Source of the DNA: Phycisphaerae bacterium
GTDB lineage: Bacteria; Planctomycetota; Phycisphaerae; UBA1845
Assembly: GCA_029260015.1 (NCBI GenBank)
Contig: JAJDEB010000034.1
Span: 49,546-113,545 of the forward strand
Length of the DNA: 64,000 bases
Direction of reading: 5' to 3'
Part shown: piece after piece, positions 57,472-64,000 of the stretch
How the letters are laid out: every line of letters begins with the position of its first letter
How positions within the stretch are numbered: position 1 is the first letter of the stretch
Notes under the pieces: generated by a model
The model's database searches: none
Told to the model about the DNA's origin: nothing
What the model saw: only the letters and a program-made list of their open reading frames with translations
Position numbers and translations under genes: made by a program

Positions 57472-59545
57472 TGCGATCAGCTTCCTGAGCCTTGGATCGC
57501 AATCCCTCGCGATCTAATTCAATGGCGAGACGCGTCACCGCGATTCCTTTGGCAGGTCGATCCTTAATGTATAGGGCGATCGTCGAATTGAGAAACATGG
57601 ACTGAAACGGTTCGGCGCCGGTCAGCAACGTGTTGATCCGCGATGTTGCAGGTGATGTATCATTCGGCGGCTGCGGAATCAGAATGTCAAGCACACTATC
57701 ACTTCGGAGCACGCGTAAGGTCATCGGAGCTTCAACTGGAGCCATCAGGTTCTTCAAGTGTTGATTCGGGTTTTCAAAGTCCAGAAGAATCGCGTTACAG
57801 GCAAGAATCCTGTCGCCCGAAAGCAATCGGTTGGCGGCGACGCCATTTGAATCGACATTGACGACGACCACTTGCCCGGGAAGCAATTCAGTTTGAAACT
57901 CGATTCCCCATCGTGAACCGTAAGGCTTTGGAGTGGTTCGCGTTTGAAGCTGACTCTCCCAAAACTGCAATATGCCGTGAAGAAATGACGGCTGAACAAT
58001 GACCAGATCGGTTGCCCTTCCGACGCGCTGCGTGTGTGCATGAATAGGCAGTACATCTTCTAGCCGTGGCGACTTGCCGAGACTTGCCTCGATGATTTCC
58101 TGGGCATGATCCGGCGACGTCGAAACCACAAACCAACCATCAATCGCCGCATACGAAGGTGCCAACTCTTCCGCGATGAGCGCGCCGATAGTGTCTCCCT
58201 TGGGTGCGGGTGGTCTTGCGGGCAGCGCAATCGTATGAACCTTTGGTGGATCAGGTTCGGCAGAATCACCGTTGGTCGTTTCGGTCGGCTGCTTGGATTC
58301 ATTTGAGTTGCCGACGTACTTGTTAATCGCGGCGACGATCGCCTGACTGTCAACGGATTCCACCATGATCGCAGCACGAGGGCGAAGGTACTTGTCAGCG
58401 AAGTCTGCACCAATGATCACCGTGCAACGCGGACCCAGATTGGCAACAATGTCCTCATGGATGTCAGACTGGCCGCCCTCACCAAACACGCCGATCATCT
58501 TGAGCACATCAACAATCTTGGGGTCCATCTTGGGATCACTAAGAAAATCCCTCCACTTGATAGACGTAGACCAACTGGCCAGCGTTGTTTGCGGCAATTG
58601 ACGAACCTGTTGGAATTTTACGCGGGGCCGATAGTCTGTCGCGCCGTTTGAATTGAGCGGACCGACATGCGTCACTTCGAGGACGTTCTGCTGCCCCTGT
58701 AGCCCGACGGCATTGCTGGATGATGATGCCCACAGTGGCGAAACGACAGTTCCGGCTGACTTTGCGGCAGTTGCTTCCAAGGCTTGATCATGCCAGTACA
58801 GGCACGCCTTGCAACCCGGAGGCAACCCGGAAACGCACGTTCGGAATTGCGCATTAGATGCCAGCGGGGCATCGTTGCCACCGGCGAGCAGTTTGGCACT
58901 GCGGCGGAAAACTGATTTGTCATCCGACCGCTGCGAAAGAATCAGAATCCTGCGCGTTGCAGCCACCCACAAACCGCTGGGTGTTTGAAAGATATTGACG
59001 TCGTTGTCCTTTTCTTGCTTCTTGACGCGGCCCTTACCGGTCACCAAAGGCAACAGACGCTTGTTGTATTCGTCGATGATGATCACACCGTCTTCGAGGT
59101 GATTCCAATCGGGCGCAGCGATCGCCAGTCTTTCTTTGAGCAACTCGCGAAGCGCCGCGTTGGAATCGAGTCCGAGCGCTTCGGTCAGCATTGCCTTCCA
59201 ACCAACCGGGTTTCCCCCGCTGAGTTTCAGCATCAACTGGAGAATGCCGTCATCGTCGGTGTCGAGTTCGGTGGCAAGTATGCGGTCGGAGAATACGAAT
59301 AGTCCCGCATCGGCTGGAACGTATTGTGCGATCCTGGGGATTCGGAAACGCGGAGGATCGCTGGCAAATACAGACGGCGCGACCCACAAAAAAGCAGCGG
59401 CGATCACCAGGATAACTGCGTGAACGCGCCGCTGCTTGGTTTCTAATTGAATGCTTTGGGACCCGTTGAACTTACAACTCTTCCGCAGGCCGCTCGTCCG
59501 TTCCGGAATCGCCGGAACCATTGTCTTGACGTTGCATTGCTTCAT
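57458..59545 (-). CDS. Exported protein with DUF3352-like body and inserted PDZ domain
   Basis: Signal-like VILVIAAAFLWVAPSVFA; IAQYVPADA; PDZ WGIEF...GVAANRLLSGDRILACN...LRVLR; start uncertain. Confidence 0.65.
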   Translation of the reverse strand: MKQCNVKTMVPAIPERTSGLRKSCKFNGSQSIQLETKQRRVHAVILVIAAAFLWVAPSVFASDPPRFRIPRIAQYVPADAGLFVFSDRILATELDTDDDGILQLMLKLSGGNPVGWKAMLTEALGLDSNAALRELLKERLAIAAPDWNHLEDGVIIIDEYNKRLLPLVTGKGRVKKQEKDNDVNIFQTPSGLWVAATRRILILSQRSDDKSVFRRSAKLLAGGNDAPLASNAQFRTCVSGLPPGCKACLYWHDQALEATAAKSAGTVVSPLWASSSSNAVGLQGQQNVLEVTHVGPLNSNGATDYRPRVKFQQVRQLPQTTLASWSTSIKWRDFLSDPKMDPKIVDVLKMIGVFGEGGQSDIHEDIVANLGPRCTVIIGADFADKYLRPRAAIMVESVDSQAIVAAINKYVGNSNESKQPTETTNGDSAEPDPPKVHTIALPARPPAPKGDTIGALIAEELAPSYAAIDGWFVVSTSPDHAQEIIEASLGKSPRLEDVLPIHAHTQRVGRATDLVIVQPSFLHGILQFWESQLQTRTTPKPYGSRWGIEFQTELLPGQVVVVNVDSNGVAANRLLSGDRILACNAILLDFENPNQHLKNLMAPVEAPMTLRVLRSDSVLDILIPQPPNDTSPATSRINTLLTGAEPFQSMFLNSTIALYIKDRPAKGIAVTRLAIELDREGLRSKAQEADRNESR

Positions 59546-60194
59546 TCTGCGACCCGGAATGACTTTCAGAAACAGCACCACCATCGGTATCAGTCGCGTT
59601 CGAATTCGCACCGGTTGGTACAGAACCTATCAGTTCTTTTATCGCATCCTCGCTGTAGTCTTGCAATAGTGAAGCACCGTCGCGCGTGTCGTTGATGATT
59701 TTATTGCTCCTTGAACGCAGCAAATCGGCTTTCCTTTTCAGGTCAGCGTTATTGGGATCGAATTTCAGCGCTTCAAGCACATGCTCAAGGAGTTCTTCGC
59801 TCGATTTGACTTCATCTTGGACACCGAGAACACGGGGGCCATCGTTTGCCGGATCCGCTGGTTCGGATGTTTCGTCGCCATTGAGCCAGACGAACAAAAT
59901 AAGGCACGCGGCCATCGCTGCAGGCAAGCCCACCCAAAGCGCCCGTGAAAACCTCAACGGACGACGGGCCGGTTTTTCAGTCGCACACTCGACCAATCGT
60001 TCGGTGAATTCATCACTCAGCAACGGGGTTTCGCTATCGGTCGCGATCACATGGCCAGTCACTTCCAACAGCGCCAACTCGCGTCGGCACCGACCGCACG
60101 CCAATTGATGGGCTCCGAATTCCGTCGCCAACGACCCACTCAGTGACTTATCCAAATAAGCGTCGAAAAGATTTTGTGATTGTTCGCAGTTCAT
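59472..60194 (-). CDS. Zinc-binding (zf-HC2/ZAS) transmembrane anti-sigma factor
   Basis: MNCE...YLD...HQLACGRC (HxxxCxxC), one TM, downstream of an ECF sigma. Confidence 0.88.
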   Translation of the reverse strand: MNCEQSQNLFDAYLDKSLSGSLATEFGAHQLACGRCRRELALLEVTGHVIATDSETPLLSDEFTERLVECATEKPARRPLRFSRALWVGLPAAMAACLILFVWLNGDETSEPADPANDGPRVLGVQDEVKSSEELLEHVLEALKFDPNNADLKRKADLLRSRSNKIINDTRDGASLLQDYSEDAIKELIGSVPTGANSNATDTDGGAVSESHSGSQNEAMQRQDNGSGDSGTDERPAEEL

Positions 60195-60300
60195 CTGTTG
60201 CTTGAACTCCAGGCCCTATAAGGCCAACTTAGTATCAACGAGGCCAGAAACGACAATTCGCTTTGAAGCGTAGCCGCTTAGTCTGCCTTCTCTACCTCTT

Positions 60301-60933
60301 TTAACCCGCTAACTCGCCCAGGATGCGGTGCGATCCAGACATTTCTTCAAGAGCGGGAGATAACATTTCCTTTAGCTTGGCCCGTGCACGATGCAGGTGG
60401 CTCTTGACCGTTGCAACCGGCGTCTCCAGTATTGTTGCGATTTCCTGACAACCCATTTGTTGTTTGTAAAACAACAAGACGGTGGCCCGTTGTGGCGGAG
60501 TCAGTTGTTCTACCGAATCCCAGATGATCTCTTTAAGGCGATTGGCTTCTTCGGTCGCCGCCAACTCGTGTTCCGGCTCAGGTTCGGATGACGCGTAACG
60601 CGTCCAATCCATCTCACCAGAGACCGCCCGCTTCTTCCGCAAGGTGTTCAACGTTACGCGATAGGCGATCGTGAACAGCCATGTGCTGAATCGATAGTCC
60701 GGGTTGAAAGAATCAATCGCCCCGAACGCTTTCAAGAATGCATCCTGGCAGATTTCCTCGGCGTCATGGTGGTTGCGATGCATCCGCCAGACGAACGCGA
60801 AGAGTCGCTGCTTGTGGGCGTCGATCAAGGCGCGCATGGCGGCTGCATCCTGGCGCTTTGCCTTTTGCACCAGGCGCAACTCCTCCGATCGATCCAAGGG
60901 GGCCGACCCTTCCTGCGATTTTTTCACATCCAT
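60301..60933 (-). CDS. ECF RNA polymerase sigma-70 factor
   Basis: DAEEICQDAFLKA, FSTWLFTIA, EIATILETPVATVKSHLHRAR. Confidence 0.95.
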   Translation of the reverse strand: MDVKKSQEGSAPLDRSEELRLVQKAKRQDAAAMRALIDAHKQRLFAFVWRMHRNHHDAEEICQDAFLKAFGAIDSFNPDYRFSTWLFTIAYRVTLNTLRKKRAVSGEMDWTRYASSEPEPEHELAATEEANRLKEIIWDSVEQLTPPQRATVLLFYKQQMGCQEIATILETPVATVKSHLHRARAKLKEMLSPALEEMSGSHRILGELAG

Positions 60934-61125
60934 ATCACCCTGCCCGCCATACCACCTTGCCCGTTTGTACCCGAAAGATTCCGATCCGTTGCGATCCGCG
61001 TCTTCCGTCCTAGAATGTTCTGCTCACTGGGACATTGTAGAACCCCATTGTGTCTTGGGCAGTTTGAAGGTCATTCTGTCATTGGGGATCACATTTTGCC
61101 CTAAGGATAGTTTCGGCAAAGACTT

Positions 61126-61590
61126 ATGTCCAAGAACAGCAAATCAGAATCGCCCTCCATCCGCAATAAGAAAGCTTCCCATAAATTCGAAATTCTCGAA
61201 AAAATCGAATGTGGGCTGATATTGAGGGGTACGGAGGTCAAGAGTTTGCGTCAAGGAGGGGCTTCGCTGGACGAGGCTTATGCCCGAATCGACGGTCATG
61301 AAGTTTGGCTGATCGGAGCCAATATCCCACCGTACAAGCATGGCAACGTGATGAATCACGAACCCAAGCGGCCCCGCAAAGCCCTCCTGCACAAGCGCGA
61401 AATTCTCAAGCTTCTGCCCAAGGTTCAGCAAAGTGGTCAAACCTTGGTTCCACTGCGGATTTATTTCAACGATCGCGGTTTGTGCAAACTGACGCTGGCG
61501 TTGGCGCGCGGCAAGACCCATAGCGACAAACGACAGGATCTCAAGAAGAAGGACCAGATGCGCGAGATCAAGCGGGCGATGCGACGATAG
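61126..61590 (+). CDS. smpB: SsrA-binding protein
   Basis: NKKASH, LRGTEVKSLR, RKALLHKREI, GKTHSDKR. Confidence 0.97.
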   Translation: MSKNSKSESPSIRNKKASHKFEILEKIECGLILRGTEVKSLRQGGASLDEAYARIDGHEVWLIGANIPPYKHGNVMNHEPKRPRKALLHKREILKLLPKVQQSGQTLVPLRIYFNDRGLCKLTLALARGKTHSDKRQDLKKKDQMREIKRAMRR

Positions 61591-61613
61591 CCCTGCGATT
61601 GAAGGAATTCCCG

Positions 61614-62213
61614 ATGGGCAAAACGAAAGTTGCAACGAAGGTCAGGTGTGCGTGGGCAACCAATGAGTTGGCCGTCGAATACCACGATTGTGAATGGGGA
61701 GTGCCCGTTCATGATGACCGCTCGCTGTTCGAGTTTCTGATTCTCGAAGGTGCCCAAGCCGGGCTCAGTTGGGACACGATCCTCAAGAAGCGCCCGCACT
61801 ATCGCAAAGTCTTCGACCGGTTCAACGTTAAAAAAATCGCCAAGTACGATGAAAAGAAAATCAAAGCGCTGCTTGCTGACCCGGGCATCGTACGCAACCG
61901 ACTAAAGGTCAATTCAACGGTCAGCAATGCGCAGGCGTTCCTGAAGGTACAGAAAGAATTCGGAACTTTCGACGCGTACCTTTGGGATTTCGTAGGCGGC
62001 AAGCCCATTCAAAACAAGCGGCGGAGCATGAAAGACGTGCCCGCAACATCTGCGGAGTCGGATGCGATGAGTCGTGACCTCAAGCGGCGCGGATTTGGTT
62101 TTGTCGGTTCGACGATCTGTTACGCTTTGATGCAAGCCGTCGGCATGGTCAACGATCACACAACCGACTGCTTTCGATTTAAGCAACTCGGCGGCAAGCC
62201 AATCAAGCGATGA
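61614..62213 (+). CDS. tag: DNA-3-methyladenine glycosylase I
   Basis: RCAW, YHDCEWG, LEGAQAGLSW, VNDHTTDC. Confidence 0.96.
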   Translation: MGKTKVATKVRCAWATNELAVEYHDCEWGVPVHDDRSLFEFLILEGAQAGLSWDTILKKRPHYRKVFDRFNVKKIAKYDEKKIKALLADPGIVRNRLKVNSTVSNAQAFLKVQKEFGTFDAYLWDFVGGKPIQNKRRSMKDVPATSAESDAMSRDLKRRGFGFVGSTICYALMQAVGMVNDHTTDCFRFKQLGGKPIKR

Positions 62214-62902
62214 AATTCAGACCAACACCCCACCGCTGGTCACTTTCGCCCAAGCAAGCAATTCGGGTTCAATCGCAACTTGCCGCCAAAATCATCGTTC
62301 GCAAACCCAGCAAGTCTTTGCGGTATATTGCAGGAGTCGATCTTGCCTTTACTCCGGGCATGACACACTGTGTCGCAGCCGCTGTCATTTGGGATCGTCA
62401 ACAGAAAAATGTCGCAGAGTCAACTTACGCCAAGCGGGCTGTCCGCTTTCCATACATCCCCGGCTTACTCTCCTTTCGCGAGGCACCGGCAGTGTTAGCC
62501 GCTTTGCGTAAACTTCGCCATCGCGTCGACGCTATCATGTGCGATGGACACGGGCTCGCCCATCCGCGGCGCTTCGGAATTGCTTGCCATGTCGGATACA
62601 TTTGCAACGTCCCTGCAATCGGATGTGGCAAGAGTCGTTTGATCGGTGAGCATGAAGAACCCGCAATGCGTCGCGGTTCGTCACGCATTCTGAGAGTTGG
62701 AGATGAAAAAATTGGGATCGTGCTGCGTACGCGCGACAACGTCAAGCCGGTCTACATCAGCGTTGGTCATCTGATTGATCTGGAGTCGGCCCGACGGGTT
62801 TCACTCGATTGCGCCTGTGGTTTTCGCCTGCCCGAACCCACCCGACAGGCCGACATTCTCGTTGCAGAATTGACGCGAGCGGATGCTGACGGTACCAATT
62901 AA
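62210..62902 (+). CDS. nfi: Endonuclease V
   Basis: AGVD, PYIPGLLSFRE, DGHGLAHPRRFGIACH, RLPEPTRQAD. Confidence 0.96.
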   Translation: MKFRPTPHRWSLSPKQAIRVQSQLAAKIIVRKPSKSLRYIAGVDLAFTPGMTHCVAAAVIWDRQQKNVAESTYAKRAVRFPYIPGLLSFREAPAVLAALRKLRHRVDAIMCDGHGLAHPRRFGIACHVGYICNVPAIGCGKSRLIGEHEEPAMRRGSSRILRVGDEKIGIVLRTRDNVKPVYISVGHLIDLESARRVSLDCACGFRLPEPTRQADILVAELTRADADGTN

Positions 62903-62938
62903 TTGGATACTGGATTGGACGCATTTGGAGGGCTCTCC

Positions 62939-63337
62939 ATGATTTCGGCACGCAAGAATTTCTTCGTCGGATTGGTCGCATTGGCGATTGTTGGTACTGG
63001 CTGCGCGCAGTCGAAAAAATCCGATTGGAGCGGAACTTGGAATTCCGAAGGTCGTGGGCCTGGCGGTAAACTTGAATGCGTTGTTGAGCCCGTCGATAGC
63101 GAATTATGGAAAGCAACCTTTACGGGTTACTGCAATCGCGAGTTCGCCTACAAAGTCAACATGGACGGTCGCAAGAAAAAGAAGCTGATTTTCTTTCAAG
63201 GTCAAGCCGATTTGGGGGAAGCAGACGGGGGTGTCTATACATGGACCGGGCAAATCAGCGGTGATACGTTTGTCGGGTATTACTCAGGAGCCAAGGGCAA
63301 GAAGGCCGGTAACTTCTTGATGAGCCGCAAGAATTAG
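62939..63337 (+). CDS. Hypothetical beta-barrel lipoprotein
   Basis: GGAGG SD; lipobox-like VGTG-C; WSGTW...YTWTGQI. Confidence 0.7.
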   Translation: MISARKNFFVGLVALAIVGTGCAQSKKSDWSGTWNSEGRGPGGKLECVVEPVDSELWKATFTGYCNREFAYKVNMDGRKKKKLIFFQGQADLGEADGGVYTWTGQISGDTFVGYYSGAKGKKAGNFLMSRKN

Positions 63338-63465
63338 TGCAGGCCCACGCGTCATCTTGTGGGTCGCGTTCCACTGTCATTCCCGCGGAAGCGGGAATCC
63401 AAGCCCCGCGCGGTACACATCGCTCGTTCTGGACTCCCGCGTGCGCGGGAGTGACAAATCCACTA
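63335..63465 (+). repeat. Palindromic MITE/REP-like element, copy 3 (131 bp)
   Basis: TAGTG...CACTA ends and the same two hairpins as copy 1. Confidence 0.9.
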
Positions 63466-63496
63466 AACGGGAATCATCGAACGTGCCTAGTGCGAA

Positions 63497-64000
63497 TCAA
63501 ATCGTTCGCAAACAAGACACGCATTCCCTCGATGACACATCCAATGGGAATGACTTTCCAACCGTGTGGCGATGCGTTTCAAGCGCAATATCTGGCGTGT
63601 TGTTTTGACCGCTCAGGTGCGAGAGTGCGATCCATTGATGACGCTTGGTGGCAACGCGTCGCAAGACGTCAGCCGCCTCGCAGTTCGACAGGTGTCCGCC
63701 CTTCCCGCTAATCCGCGCCTTTAGAAACGCAGGGTACTGGCCCAACTCGAGCATATCCACGTCATAATTGCTTTCGAGATACGCAGCGTCTACTGACTCC
63801 AACAGGTCGCCAAGTTTCTCAAACGCGTAACCCAGGTCAGTGAGAATGGCCAATCGCTTCCCATCGTGCTCGACGATGAACACCACGCCATCGACGGCAT
63901 CGTGCGGCGTCGAAAACGTGTGGACTTTCGTCGCGCCGAACTCAAGCGTATCACCAGCGAAGTAATGACGAACGTCGTCGATTTTGCCAAGATTAGATTG
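63497..64000 (-). CDS. MBL-fold metallo-hydrolase (YycJ/WalJ-like), 5'-truncated
   Basis: Frame open to the window end; TPHDA, TDLG, LESNYD, GGHLSN, HLS. Confidence 0.9.
   Translation of the reverse strand, partial: QSNLGKIDDVRHYFAGDTLEFGATKVHTFSTPHDAVDGVVFIVEHDGKRLAILTDLGYAFEKLGDLLESVDAAYLESNYDVDMLELGQYPAFLKARISGKGGHLSNCEAADVLRRVATKRHQWIALSHLSGQNNTPDIALETHRHTVGKSFPLDVSSRECVSCLRTI

Noticed and set aside
60934-61125. tmRNA (ssrA) next to smpB
   Set aside because: The gap is under 200 bp and has no tRNA-like ends. It is more likely a divergent promoter region.

Overview
This is a bacterial chromosomal window, most likely from a planctomycete (Phycisphaerae-like; inferred from the HYExAFE gene, the nuoI-first complex I order and the permease-DtxR fusions). 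It holds about 65 CDSs, mostly housekeeping: hisS, rsmD-cca, rpmF-plsX-fabH-fabD-fabG-acpP-fabF, nth, a moaD-moaE fusion, mrp, a two-component pair, clpS, miaB, an 11-subunit nuo operon without nuoEFG, a thiolase, a Mn/Zn ABC transporter with divergent mntR, folK, an ECF sigma/anti-sigma pair and smpB-tag-nfi. The best candidate for a poorly described system is a three-gene module at the left edge: a non-catalytic FGE-fold protein, a Zn-ribbon TRAFAC GTPase and a GAP1-N2-like partner. Other highlights are a textbook XerCD dif site at 5969-5996 that most downstream genes point towards, and three copies of a ~130-bp TA-flanked palindromic MITE/REP-like element between convergent genes. There is also an orphan FliN/FliY-like gene with a sigma28-type promoter, and an MntR operator overlapping back-to-back promoters. 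No rRNA, tRNA, CRISPR array or transposase was recognised. All family calls come from motifs read by eye, not from database searches.
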